The notes beneath the pieces were generated by a model. The model saw only the letters and a list, made by a program, of their open reading frames with translations. It had not been told where the DNA came from and made no database searches. From Candidatus Methanophagaceae archaeon (GTDB lineage: Archaea; Halobacteriota; Syntropharchaeia; Alkanophagales; Methanospirareceae), in the NCBI GenBank assembly GCA_003194425.1, contig PQXB01000001.1, positions 199,265-263,264 of the forward strand: a stretch of 64,000 nucleotides of DNA. Reading direction: 5' to 3'. The number at the start of each line of letters is the position of its first letter. Positions within the stretch are counted from its first letter, which is position 1. Made by a program: the position numbers and the translations under genes. Below, piece after piece: positions 28,057 to 37,398 of this stretch.

Positions 28057-28776
28057 AAAACACAAAAGCAAAAAAGAGGAAAAGCGATAATAGGAATTGC
28101 AATCGCAGCGATTATGCTGACTTCGGTCTTCGCAGCGCTGACACTGACAGGTAGTGCTACTACCTCAACGACTACTCTGCCTGCCTCTGTCACTGCAGGG
28201 ACAACAGAAGAGTTTAGTATAAAGATACGGGAAGACACCGATGGAGATTTTGCAGTTGGTGATGTGATAAAGATAAAACTTCCGGAGGGATTCACACTGA
28301 CCAAAGCACCTACAATAGAATATCCTGCAACAACAGTTACCGTTGGACCGGTCACAGGTAAAGCAAATGACACAGAGATTACAATACCAATAACAGCTGT
28401 AACAGCAGCAGCCCCCGACGTACTGCAAGTCACTCTCAGTGTGGATGTATCAGAAGATGCATATGGAACAGCGACATTTACTTTGACAGATTCAACAGAA
28501 CCAGATATACCAGATGTAACGACGATGGTAATAAGCACAAAAACTAGGCCTGAGCGCAATTTGATACGCAGCGGAGCAACGATATTCATCAGCGAGCAGG
28601 GGTTGAAATTTGATGTGGACGACGATGGCGATTTCGGTGAGGATGGAAGTTTGGACACTACAACATTGACAGCTGTTAACACAGACATAGCCGACACATT
28701 GTCCTTGTCATCGACTTACACGGTGGAGGATGTAACGAGGAGATTGCGGATTTCGTCGGCGTTGAGAACATTTTGA
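28054..28776 (+). CDS. Secreted or surface protein with an N-terminal signal/anchor. The track ORF starts at 27979. The Met at 28054 is preferred because of the strong SD.
   Basis: MKTQKQKRGKAIIGIAIAAIMLTSVFAAL is a signal/TM segment. Thr-rich beta-strand-like repeats follow. A perfect AGGAGGTGA lies 7 nt upstream of the ATG. Confidence 0.5.
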   Translation: MKTQKQKRGKAIIGIAIAAIMLTSVFAALTLTGSATTSTTTLPASVTAGTTEEFSIKIREDTDGDFAVGDVIKIKLPEGFTLTKAPTIEYPATTVTVGPVTGKANDTEITIPITAVTAAAPDVLQVTLSVDVSEDAYGTATFTLTDSTEPDIPDVTTMVISTKTRPERNLIRSGATIFISEQGLKFDVDDDGDFGEDGSLDTTTLTAVNTDIADTLSLSSTYTVEDVTRRLRISSALRTF

Positions 28777-29198
28777 GCGGGGTGGTTCGAAAGAATGAGA
28801 ATGGCGTTGCAGAGGTGGAAGTCGTGTCGGGCGGCAAAGCGGGCGGCAAAGCGGGCGACAAAAAAGGGTGCAACATTTTCGCAGTTTCGGAGTACCGTGC
28901 AGGAGCAGTAAAAGTGCTCCTAAGACCCGAGGAGGTGATTTTGTCTAAAAGAAGAAGTGGGGGAAAGGGAGAGAGCAGTGCAAGCAGTGCAAGCAGTGCA
29001 AGCAGCACGAGCAGTGCGAGGAATGCGGTTAAGGGGAAAATAGAAGAGCTAACCGATTTGGGTCCTTTGACGCGTGTTAGGACTGACGCCGGGCTTGTCG
29101 CTCTTGTTACGAAGCCGTCTCGTGAGAGTCTGGAGCTGCGAGAGGGGGACGAGGTTTTTGCGACTTTTAAAGCCACCTCGGTGCATTTGGTGCGGTGA
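28773..29198 (+). CDS. TOBE-domain (molybdate/tungstate-binding, Mop-like) protein
   Basis: NAVKGKIEELTDLGPLTRVRTDAGLVALVTK...GDEVFATFKATSVHLV has the TOBE fold pattern. The repeat SSASSASSAS is present. Confidence 0.55.
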   Translation: MSGVVRKNENGVAEVEVVSGGKAGGKAGDKKGCNIFAVSEYRAGAVKVLLRPEEVILSKRRSGGKGESSASSASSASSTSSARNAVKGKIEELTDLGPLTRVRTDAGLVALVTKPSRESLELREGDEVFATFKATSVHLVR

Positions 29199-29210
29199 GA
29201 TAGGAGGGAA

Positions 29211-29717
29211 TTGAAAATGTTAGAGAAGGTGACCTACAAGCCAATCGGAATAATACACACGGGATTTCGGGACAAAAGAAATGCTCCAATTCAAGGCGTG
29301 TTTGCAAAAGACGCTAAGGGCGTGGTTGAGGTGTTCCCCGAATATGCAGAGGGGCTAAAAGACATCAAAGGCTTCTCACATCTTATCCTCCTTTACCATT
29401 TCCATCTCGCCGACGCCGACACCGAGAGCTACTCTTTAACCTCAAAGCCCTTTTTAGAAGACGAAGAGCACGGAATTTTCTCAATTCGGCATTTCAAGAG
29501 ACCCAACCCAATCGGGCTGTCTGTGGTGCGGTTGGAGAGCGTGAGAGGGAATCGGCTGGAAATCCGCGAGGTTGACATCTTGGACGGGACACCACTCCTC
29601 GATCTAAAACCCTTTGTGCCGCGGTTTGACAACAGACTGGAAGCAAAGACCGGGTGGCTTGCGAATCCGAATTTGGACTGGGCTAAAGGTGAATCCGGAA
29701 AGCACAGAAGCGAGTAG
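29211..29717 (+). CDS. TsaA/YaeB-family SAM-dependent methyltransferase (TrmO-like)
   Basis: KPIGIIHTGFRD...NAPIQG...LILLYHFH...NPIGLSVVRL...LDGTPLLDLKP matches the TsaA family. Confidence 0.8.
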   Translation: MKMLEKVTYKPIGIIHTGFRDKRNAPIQGVFAKDAKGVVEVFPEYAEGLKDIKGFSHLILLYHFHLADADTESYSLTSKPFLEDEEHGIFSIRHFKRPNPIGLSVVRLESVRGNRLEIREVDILDGTPLLDLKPFVPRFDNRLEAKTGWLANPNLDWAKGESGKHRSE

Positions 29718-29812
29718 GGCGTAGAACTAGTAGGGCGTAGAACTAGTAGAGCGTAGAACTTACGGGAGTAGAAACTTAACAACAACAATTTTAAAAAAGT
29801 AAATGAAGATAA

Positions 29813-32266
29813 ATGTTTGATTACACGGTAGTTGTGGTTGGGGACGAGTCAGAAGCGTCTGAAGTAAGAGGGTTGGTGCGTTCTTTGGAGCGTTCTCCGC
29901 TGGGTGCGGGTCTCCGCACACTCAACACAAGGCTTGTGCCAGTCGCAGAGAGTGGCTGGAACGGTGCTGCAGGCAACGGGCTTGGGACGCTCTTCGCACT
30001 ACAAAATGCGAGCAGGGCTGTTGGGAAGGACCTCGTGAAAGAGGTGAAGGCAGGAAAGAGCGTTCTTGTCGTGCACACCGCGGGCGAGGGCACCCGAAAC
30101 CTGCTCACAAGAACCTGCAAGAACAAATCCTTTGTTCAGGTCCCGGGACTCTCACTGCTTGAGGGAGCGGTGAAGCAGTTTCAAGAGTTCGCAATTCCGT
30201 CCCGCATTTTGGTTTCTTGGGCAGACCAGTTCCTGCTGCTTGAGGACAGTCCAGAAGCGGTAAGGCAGTGCGCAGAGAACGCACACCTCCTGCTCTTTGG
30301 ATTGAAGTTGAAGGCTGGACTTACAGAGGAGGTGGCGAAAAAATACGGCGTTCAAATCGTCAGGTGCGCGGAAGGGGTGGAAGGTTGCGAACTTCTTGAC
30401 TTCGACGACACGCGGGACTACAAAGCGGTGAAGAGGAAGTTGGAAAGGCAGCGGGAGAAGGGGGGTGAAGCGAGGGTGAATTTGGGGATGTTTGCGATGA
30501 GTAGTCTCTTGGCAGAAAAAATGTTCGACGCGTTTAGCGAGAATCTCAAGGAGCGGAGGGGTAAGTTCAACTCAGACGCGTTGTGGCAACTCTGGGTCTC
30601 GCCCGCAGACCGCGAGGACCGCGAGGACGAGGACGGAGCAGACCAGTGGCTCAGAGGGCGGGCGGAGAGGCTAAAAAAAGATTTGGTTCGGGCAGAGCCG
30701 CAGCCGTCGGAGCCGTCACTCGCACTAGTAAGAAGTTTCCCGCTGAGCGAGAGGACGGCGTGGCTGGACTTCGGGACGAACGCGGGTTTTTACGAGAATG
30801 TGATGCGGGTTTTGGCAGAGGACGAGGTCGGGAGGAGGCTGCGGGAGTTTTTAGGTTTACCCCTTGAAGTTTCCTCCTCGGGCTCGGTCTTCTGTGAGGC
30901 AGCGGAGTTTGAGAGCGGGCTGGTAAAGAGCAGCGTTGTCTCTAACTCGAGTGCGAAGCACGCAGAACTCGAGCAGGCGTGCGTGCTGAATTCACGGCTG
31001 AACCGAGTGCGGGGGAGGCGGTGCGTTCTTTACAATGTGGTTGACTTCGGCTCGGTCGAGGTCGAGGACTGCGTTTTAGTAGATGTTTTTCACCCGAGCA
31101 GAGGCAGGGTAAGGCTAAAAATGCGAATCGGCGAGGAGGCGGGTGCGAAGCAGGACTGGTGGGAGAAGCGACTTCCGGGCAACGATTTCTCGCTGCGCGA
31201 GGTTGCGGAAATGTTGAAGAGTGTTTCAGGGGAGGAACTGGAGAGGGCGAAGAGGAGATTTGAGGAGGTTGCGGGGGAAGTTGCGGGGGAGGTTGCGGAG
31301 GAGGTTGTAGAGAGACCGCTGAAGATTAAGCCGTTCGTTGAGGAGAAGCCTTGGGGCTACGAGCTCTGGTCTGCGTCGCCGAGGAATTGTTGCGAGGTTT
31401 TTGTAGAAGGGACGAGGCTGGAGTTCACGCTCGAGGAACTGTCTTCTTTGTTTCCAGCGAAGGTTTTGGGGGCAGGAGCAGGAGGAGCAGGAGGAGCAGG
31501 GGCAGGAGCAGGGGCAGGAGCAGTGGAAAGAGAGGAGAAGTTCCCGCTGATTGTGAAAATAATAAAGGCGGACGAGAACCTCTCGGTTCAGGTGCACCCA
31601 GACGACGAGTACGCGAGGAGGCGGTTTGGCGACGCTTTTGGTAAAGACGAGGCGTGGCAGGTTCTTGAAGCGTCGGCGGGAGCGAAGATTTATCTCGGTT
31701 TTCGGGATTTCTTGAGCAAGGAGGAATTTAAAAAGGCGGTGAAAAGCAAGGATTTTATTTCGCGTTTGAACGCTTTTGACGCGCAGGTTGGAGAGACTTA
31801 TTACATTCCTGCGGGCGTCGTTCACGCGTTGGGCGCCGGGACAAAGGTGTACGAGGTAAGCACAGCATCTGAACGGACTTTCAGGATTTTTGACTACGGC
31901 AGGGGACGGGAACTGCATTTAGAGGACGCTGCGCGGGTTTTGAAGTTTGGTGTAGAAGAGAGAGGCGAGGGTTTGAAGAAGGCAGGGAAGGAGCGTTTGG
32001 TTCTGCGTAAGTTTAAGGTTCGTGGGTTTAAGGTTCGTGGGTTTAAGGTTCGTGGTGGCGAGGGAGAGGCGAAAGTTTTTTTAGAGGAGAGGAGGCTGCG
32101 AGTGCTTACTTGCGTGCGTGGTCGCGTTAGGCTAAAGACGAGTGGAGGGGCGGTGCTTTCTTTAACGCCCTTTGAGACAGTGTTACTGCCTGCGTGTCTT
32201 GGGGATTTTGAACTGCGTGGCGAGGGAGAGGGGGAGGAGGCGGAGGTGGTCTGTGCTAAATGGTGA
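29813..32266 (+). CDS. Large bifunctional sugar-metabolism protein: N-terminal fucokinase-type nucleotidyltransferase-like domain plus C-terminal type I phosphomannose isomerase (cupin)
   Basis: HTAGEGTRNLL is a GxGTR-like motif of NDP-sugar pyrophosphorylases. The C-terminal LSVQVHPDDEYA...YIPAGVVHALGAGT is a class I PMI signature. The repeat FKVRGFKVRGFKVRG comes from a 15-bp x3 unit. Confidence 0.65.
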   Translation: MFDYTVVVVGDESEASEVRGLVRSLERSPLGAGLRTLNTRLVPVAESGWNGAAGNGLGTLFALQNASRAVGKDLVKEVKAGKSVLVVHTAGEGTRNLLTRTCKNKSFVQVPGLSLLEGAVKQFQEFAIPSRILVSWADQFLLLEDSPEAVRQCAENAHLLLFGLKLKAGLTEEVAKKYGVQIVRCAEGVEGCELLDFDDTRDYKAVKRKLERQREKGGEARVNLGMFAMSSLLAEKMFDAFSENLKERRGKFNSDALWQLWVSPADREDREDEDGADQWLRGRAERLKKDLVRAEPQPSEPSLALVRSFPLSERTAWLDFGTNAGFYENVMRVLAEDEVGRRLREFLGLPLEVSSSGSVFCEAAEFESGLVKSSVVSNSSAKHAELEQACVLNSRLNRVRGRRCVLYNVVDFGSVEVEDCVLVDVFHPSRGRVRLKMRIGEEAGAKQDWWEKRLPGNDFSLREVAEMLKSVSGEELERAKRRFEEVAGEVAGEVAEEVVERPLKIKPFVEEKPWGYELWSASPRNCCEVFVEGTRLEFTLEELSSLFPAKVLGAGAGGAGGAGAGAGAGAVEREEKFPLIVKIIKADENLSVQVHPDDEYARRRFGDAFGKDEAWQVLEASAGAKIYLGFRDFLSKEEFKKAVKSKDFISRLNAFDAQVGETYYIPAGVVHALGAGTKVYEVSTASERTFRIFDYGRGRELHLEDAARVLKFGVEERGEGLKKAGKERLVLRKFKVRGFKVRGFKVRGGEGEAKVFLEERRLRVLTCVRGRVRLKTSGGAVLSLTPFETVLLPACLGDFELRGEGEGEEAEVVCAKW

Positions 32267-32289
32267 GTGAAGAAAAATTCACTTTAAAA

Positions 32290-32363
32290 TGCCGGGGGCG
32301 GGGTTCGGACCCGCGACTTCCAGATTATGAGTCTGGCGCCCTAACCAACTAGGCCACCCCGGC
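32290..32363 (-). tRNA. tRNA-Met (anticodon CAU), elongator-like
   Basis: GCCGGGG acceptor stem, anticodon loop CUCAUAA, T-arm GGGUCCGAACCC. Confidence 0.8.
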
Positions 32364-33381
32364 AGGATTTTCTCTCTTCTCCTTCCTCCTCTCCTTCTTT
32401 CAACTCTCTACGGAGGTCGCCCAGAGTCGCAACCCGTTCTGCGACTGCGTCGTGCTGGTGAATGCTCTCCTCGTTCACCTGCTTCAGCGTAACAACCGAA
32501 TCGTCGGGCAGTTGCTCAAAAGTCTCGACCACCCGCTTCGCCATCTCACGAACGCAGTCCTCGACGAACATCGGGCGTTTGTGCGCCGCCGCGACGACCT
32601 CCGCCTCGTCTGCCCGCTTCAGCAGTTCGTAAGTCTTCGCACTCATCGACGCCTCAATAATTTTTATAATCTCCTCAAGCGAGACTTTTACGCTGTCGTC
32701 CACCTCGATCGAGATTAGCCCCCGACCCCGTTGGTTGTGCGTCGCCACAGGCACGGCATTCAAAAAATCCAACAACTCCTCTCCCCCGACCCCCAGCTTC
32801 GCCAATTCCTCTGCCGCCCGCTCCCGCATCAGTTCCTGCGCACAGGGACAGGTCGTCATTCCCACAATCTCCGCCCCGATTAGTTTCTTTATTCTGCATC
32901 CAGTTTTGCTTCCACTCCCGCTCTCGCCTGAAGTTGTAGGGGGCGTGGGGGGCGGCGTGCGAAAGGCTTTCGCTTCGGCGAAGATCGTTGCAGGCTCTTG
33001 GCACTGAATCTTTAGCGTCGGCGTCCGCCGCTTCAACATATAAACGCTCCTCATTCCAACCTCGGCGGTGGAAGCGTAGTCGTGGCGGAGGAGCAGCCGC
33101 TTCGCCACCTCGCTGCACAACTCCTCAACCTCGTAGGTCGGCTCGCTGACCGCCTCCTCCAGCACTTCGTACATCGCCTCGAAGTTCCTTGAAAAGTTCG
33201 CACCTTTTATCTCGCTCGGCAGGTCGACGAAGATGTAGAAGTCCGAGACGAGAATTACAGGTCGTTTCCCGCCCTCTCTCGCTACCTCCACCAACTTCTT
33301 CACATTCTCTACGCCTACCCTCGTCAGGTTTATTTTCACTTTCGGGCTGCTCGCTTGCACATCCGGCAGAGGTAACGACAT
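32341..33381 (-). CDS. mptA: GTP cyclohydrolase MptA (FolE2/MptA family). The 3' end overlaps the tRNA-Met 5' end by about 23 nt. The low-complexity tail may not be real.
   Basis: [29 protein letters not shown] matches the N-terminus of the FolE2/MptA family. Internal insertion. Confidence 0.7.
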   Translation of the reverse strand: MSLPLPDVQASSPKVKINLTRVGVENVKKLVEVAREGGKRPVILVSDFYIFVDLPSEIKGANFSRNFEAMYEVLEEAVSEPTYEVEELCSEVAKRLLLRHDYASTAEVGMRSVYMLKRRTPTLKIQCQEPATIFAEAKAFRTPPPTPPTTSGESGSGSKTGCRIKKLIGAEIVGMTTCPCAQELMRERAAEELAKLGVGGEELLDFLNAVPVATHNQRGRGLISIEVDDSVKVSLEEIIKIIEASMSAKTYELLKRADEAEVVAAAHKRPMFVEDCVREMAKRVVETFEQLPDDSVVTLKQVNEESIHQHDAVAERVATLGDLRRELKEGEEEGEERKSCRGGLVG

Positions 33382-33663
33382 TTTCGCTCTTTTTCTCCTC
33401 CTTCTTCTGTCTCTCTCTGTTTTTGTCTTTTACCTTATTTTCCCTTCCTTACCTTATTTTCCCCCTTATTTTCCCTTCCTTTTATTCTTTCTCCCTTTCC
33501 TTCTTTGTCTCGGCTCTTAAAATTGTCTCGGCTCTTAAAAAGAAGACGAGAAGAAGGAGAGAAAAAGACGAGAAAAACAGCAGTAAAAAATAGAAAAGTT
33601 TATATGTCTGCCTGTCTTCTAATCCAAATATTTAACAGAGGGAGAGAGAATAAATAAGGGAAA

Positions 33664-34416
33664 ATGATTGCGCAAGAGCAGAAGCCAATTGAGGAGATTT
33701 TAGGCTACCTCAAGGGCAAGCGAAAGGTGGCTGTGGTGGGCTGCGGGGGCTGTTCTACTTTCTACAGGACAGGGGACAAAGCAGCAGTGGAGAAGAGGGC
33801 TGAGGAACTGATGAGCAAAGGCAAGGAGGTCCTCAAAATCGTCCTGCCGTTCAGCATTCAAGCCTGCGAGATTGAGAAGAGTGGTGTGTGGCTGGAGAAG
33901 AACAGGAAGAAGCTTGAGGGTTACGACGCGGTCTTGGTCTTGAGTTGCGGTAGCGGGGTGCAAGTGGTGGCGGACTACATTAACGAGAAGATGGGTTTTG
34001 CGGTGCCTGTAATTCCAGCGAACGACGCAATTGGGCTCGTCGGCGGCGGTCCGAGGAGTTTAAAGGAGACCTGTCAGTCCTGCGGAATGTGCGAGTTGGG
34101 GAAGACGGCGGGGATTTGTCCGCTGACTGAGTGTGGTAAAGGGCTGATGAATGGGCCTTGCGGTGGCGTGCGAGAGGGCGACAAGTGCGAGATTGACGAG
34201 AAGAAGGACTGTGCGTGGGTGAAGATTTACAAGCGGATGGAACAGCTAGGGGAACTCGATAAATTTGAGGAAATCCGAGACCCGCACGAGTGGAGCAAGA
34301 TGAAGCGACCGCGTTTGTTTGAGATTGAGAATCCTGTGGGAATAAGCGAAATGATGGGTGCGTTACCCGGAATGCTGTCCACGATGCTCGGTCCGAAGCC
34401 GAAGCTGGACGAGTGA
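33664..34416 (+). CDS. MetV-like protein (methylene-tetrahydrofolate reductase C-terminal-like Zn/Cys-rich domain)
   Basis: VAVVGCGGCSTFY and CQSCGMCELGKTAGICPLTECGKGLMNGPCGG are cysteine clusters. It lies directly upstream of the MetF-like gene. Confidence 0.55.
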   Translation: MIAQEQKPIEEILGYLKGKRKVAVVGCGGCSTFYRTGDKAAVEKRAEELMSKGKEVLKIVLPFSIQACEIEKSGVWLEKNRKKLEGYDAVLVLSCGSGVQVVADYINEKMGFAVPVIPANDAIGLVGGGPRSLKETCQSCGMCELGKTAGICPLTECGKGLMNGPCGGVREGDKCEIDEKKDCAWVKIYKRMEQLGELDKFEEIRDPHEWSKMKRPRLFEIENPVGISEMMGALPGMLSTMLGPKPKLDE

Positions 34417-34488
34417 AGGAGAAGAGAGAGAAAGAGAAGAGAGAGAGAAGGAGAAGAGAGAGAGAAAGAGAAAGAGTGAGGAGAAAAA

Positions 34489-35418
34489 ATGAAAAGAAGG
34501 AGTGACGAAATTTACAGCGACTTGATGAGGGAGTTAGAAGAGGGGAGGTATGTTTTCACGGGCGAGTTAGAGCCGGAGAAGGCGGGGGATGTGAACGAGC
34601 CGATTGAGATGGCACGCGAGTTGCTGGACTTGGTAGTAGCCTGCAACGTGACCGACAACCCGCAGAGTTTTGCTTACGTCAGCAGCCTTGCAGCGTCCTA
34701 CCAAATCCAAAAGGAGACCGGAATGGAGTGCGTTTACCAACTGCGGTGCGCGGACAGGAACCGAATGGCTCTTCTTTCAGACGTGCTCGGTGCGGGCGTG
34801 CTGGGGATAAAAAATATTCTGGCGTTAGCGGGCGACCACGTCTCGCTCGGGGACACGCCAGACGCGAAGCCTGTCTTTGACCTTGACTCGACGACGCTGA
34901 TTAAACTGATAAGAACGGTCGTGAGCGAGGGGAAAGACTTGGCAGGGAACGAAATTCACAACCCCCCGAAACTGCACGTCGGTGGTGCAGCAGCACCCGG
35001 AGCGGCACACTTGAAGGCAGAGGTTGCGAAGGTGAAGCGTAAAATCAAAGCCGGCGTTGAGTACCTGCAGACCCAGGTTGTTTACTTCACCGACGTTCTG
35101 GACAGGTTTTTCAAGGAACTGGGACCTGTGGACGTTCCGATTTTGGTCGGGATTTTCCCTGCACGGACTTTCGGGCAGGCAGACTTCTTCGACAAGTTCG
35201 TCGCGGGCGTGGACGTTCCGCCGGACTACTTGGAAAATATGCGGGCGACGAAGCAGATTAAGGACAAGGAGAAGAGGAAGGAAGAGGTGGACAGAGTGAA
35301 TGTGGAGTTCTTCACAGGGTTCCTTGAGCACTTGAAGGGAACACCGGCTGCGGGCTGTCATATGATGGCTGTCGGCTACCCCCGAGTAATTCCCGCGCTT
35401 AAGAAAATTATGGAGTAG
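34489..35418 (+). CDS. metF: 5,10-methylenetetrahydrofolate (or -pterin) reductase MetF-like
   Basis: A 309-aa protein with the MTHFR TIM-barrel pattern (VTDNPQSF, LALAGDH, AGVEYLQTQVVYF). Confidence 0.7.
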   Translation: MKRRSDEIYSDLMRELEEGRYVFTGELEPEKAGDVNEPIEMARELLDLVVACNVTDNPQSFAYVSSLAASYQIQKETGMECVYQLRCADRNRMALLSDVLGAGVLGIKNILALAGDHVSLGDTPDAKPVFDLDSTTLIKLIRTVVSEGKDLAGNEIHNPPKLHVGGAAAPGAAHLKAEVAKVKRKIKAGVEYLQTQVVYFTDVLDRFFKELGPVDVPILVGIFPARTFGQADFFDKFVAGVDVPPDYLENMRATKQIKDKEKRKEEVDRVNVEFFTGFLEHLKGTPAAGCHMMAVGYPRVIPALKKIME

Positions 35419-35536
35419 GCGTGTGTAAGGGAAGAGCAGCAGTGAAGAGAGAAGAGGGGGAGTGAAGAGAGAGGGGGAGTGAAGAGAGAGGGGGAGTGAA
35501 GAGAGAGGGGGAGGAGGGGAGGATTTCCCTCCCTTT

Positions 35537-36031
35537 TTAATTCCCCACCGCGTGCCGCACCTTCACTGCCACCCCGTGCTCAAAAACTTTCATCTCCTCG
35601 CCCGACAAGACCGCTCGCCCAGTCGCGAGCAGAGCGTCCGCCTCGTCAACCAAAATAACCTCGTCGTAAGCCCGCACCGCCGGGTCGGCGTCAACCACGT
35701 GCTTGCAAAACGCAGTCCCGCCTGCCCTCACAAATTCGCTGCTCTCTTCGTTCACCACAACCCGCAGTCTCGGGTATTTGAAGGACCTCTGCAACCGCTC
35801 TGCTCCTTCCAACCCCAGAGTCAGCAGACCGTCAGAACTCCGCAGCGTCGCAATTCTCCTCTCACTACCTGCCTTTTTATCTTTTATCTGCGATATTCTC
35901 CCGGTCTTTGAGAGCAGAAAAGCCACCCTACCGTTAAACAGAACCTCTCCTGCTCCCGCGCCGAACTGAAAGTCTGCAATGATTTTCGCCTTCTTGAGCA
36001 GGTTATTTGCGTCCGTGCCCGCTTTCTCCAT
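35537..36031 (-). CDS. PUA-domain protein
   Basis: The C-terminal region RAYDEVILVDEADALLATGRAVLSGEEM is PUA-like. The product is 164 aa. Confidence 0.35.
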   Translation of the reverse strand: MEKAGTDANNLLKKAKIIADFQFGAGAGEVLFNGRVAFLLSKTGRISQIKDKKAGSERRIATLRSSDGLLTLGLEGAERLQRSFKYPRLRVVVNEESSEFVRAGGTAFCKHVVDADPAVRAYDEVILVDEADALLATGRAVLSGEEMKVFEHGVAVKVRHAVGN

Positions 36032-37334
36032 TTTTTTCTTTTTCTCTGCTCTCGATCTTCAATCCAAAGCAGTCAAAAACCAAGTCCGCCTCTCCCACCT
36101 CCTCTAACTCCAAAAACCTCAAACCAAGCCCCTCCTCTACCTCCGCCCTCGAAAACAACTCGTCGTAAACAAAAACATTCAGCCCCTTCTCCGAGAGCGA
36201 CCTCGCCAACGCCAAATTCCTGCTATGATACAACTCTTTCACCCCCTCTCTAAATGTTATTCCTTTCACGCAAATTTTAACCTCGCTCAGCGGTTTGTTT
36301 ACTCGGAGGCAGCCCAAAATAATCCGCTCCGCCCAATACTCAACCATTTCATCGTTCCCCCCCCTCGCAGCCCTCAACAACCTCGCAGACCCGAACTTCC
36401 CCCGCTGCTCCGCCCGTTCCGCTGCCCTAATCAAGAACCACGGGTACACAGGAATGCAATGCCCTCCAACGCCCGTAGAAGGCAGAAGCAGGTGGCAATA
36501 TTCGTGGTTCGCAAACTCCCTCGCCTCATAAAAATCCACACCCAACTCCTCTGCAATCCTGAAGAGCTCGTTCGCCAGCCCAACATTCACATCCCGGTAA
36601 CACCCCTCCGCAATTTTTATGAACTCCGCAACCCGCGCAGACGAGACCAAGTGCAAGTTCGGAACAAAATTTTTATAAACCTCAAATGCCCTAACCCCGC
36701 TCTCTCTGTTCGCACCGCCCACGACCTTCGGAAACTCACGCAGCCTCGAAATGCTGTACCCTGTCATTATTCGCTCAGGCGAGTGTGCAAGGTAAAATCC
36801 CCTCTCCTGCTCCCCCTCCTGCCCCTGCTCCTGCCCCTGCTCCTGCCCCTGCTCCTGCTCCTCCTGCCCCTGCCCCTGCTTCAGCCTCAGTCCACTCTCC
36901 TCTTCCAACCAACCCCTCGCAACTCCTTCCGTCGTCCCAGGCGGAACAGTCGTCTCCAAAACCACCAAGTCCCCCTTCTTCAAAACTCCACCGACTTTCC
37001 TAAACGCACTCTCGAGAGCGCTGAACTCCGGGTTCTTGTCCTCGTCCGTGAACAGCGGCACAATCACAACAAAGACCTCACAGCCCCTTGCATCCTCAAA
37101 ATTAGGCGTCGCAACCAACTCCTTCCCGCCGTGCCTCGCAACCAACTCGTCCAACCCGCTCTCCTCGGGGATTGGATTTTCACCATTGTTAATTGCCTCG
37201 CACCTCCTCTCGTCAATGTCCACGCCAACGACCTCAAAACCGCTCCCGCTGTCCGCCATGACGCTCGCAAGCGGCAAGCCCGCTTTTCCTAAACCAACTA
37301 CCGCAATCCTTACATCCCTCTTCTTAATCCTCAT
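36003..37334 (-). CDS. UDP-sugar / nucleotide-sugar dehydrogenase (UDP-glucose / UDP-ManNAc dehydrogenase family)
   Basis: N-terminal IAVVGLGKAGLPLA is a Rossmann motif and GGHCIPVYPWF is the catalytic Cys motif. The repeat-derived insertion QGQGQEEQEQGQEQGQEQGQEGEQE is present. Confidence 0.85.
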   Translation of the reverse strand: MRIKKRDVRIAVVGLGKAGLPLASVMADSGSGFEVVGVDIDERRCEAINNGENPIPEESGLDELVARHGGKELVATPNFEDARGCEVFVVIVPLFTDEDKNPEFSALESAFRKVGGVLKKGDLVVLETTVPPGTTEGVARGWLEEESGLRLKQGQGQEEQEQGQEQGQEQGQEGEQERGFYLAHSPERIMTGYSISRLREFPKVVGGANRESGVRAFEVYKNFVPNLHLVSSARVAEFIKIAEGCYRDVNVGLANELFRIAEELGVDFYEAREFANHEYCHLLLPSTGVGGHCIPVYPWFLIRAAERAEQRGKFGSARLLRAARGGNDEMVEYWAERIILGCLRVNKPLSEVKICVKGITFREGVKELYHSRNLALARSLSEKGLNVFVYDELFSRAEVEEGLGLRFLELEEVGEADLVFDCFGLKIESREKEKNGESGHGRK

Positions 37335-37398
37335 TGTCTCAGCCTGCCTTCCCGATATTCTTCAGTTTGAACTTCAGTTTGAATATTTAGTGAAAGCG

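Noticed and set aside
27732-28697. 321-aa minus-strand ORF
   Set aside because: It is antisense to the plus-strand secreted-protein gene, which has a strong SD and a signal peptide. It is Ser/Val/Thr low complexity.
31226-31918. 230-aa minus-strand ORF
   Set aside because: It is antisense to the PMI cupin domain of the 817-aa protein. No motif.
36225-37292. 355-aa ORF on the plus strand
   Set aside because: It is antisense to the well-supported UDP-sugar dehydrogenase gene. It is Pro/Arg/Leu-rich low complexity, typical of spurious ORFs on the opposite strand of high-GC genes.
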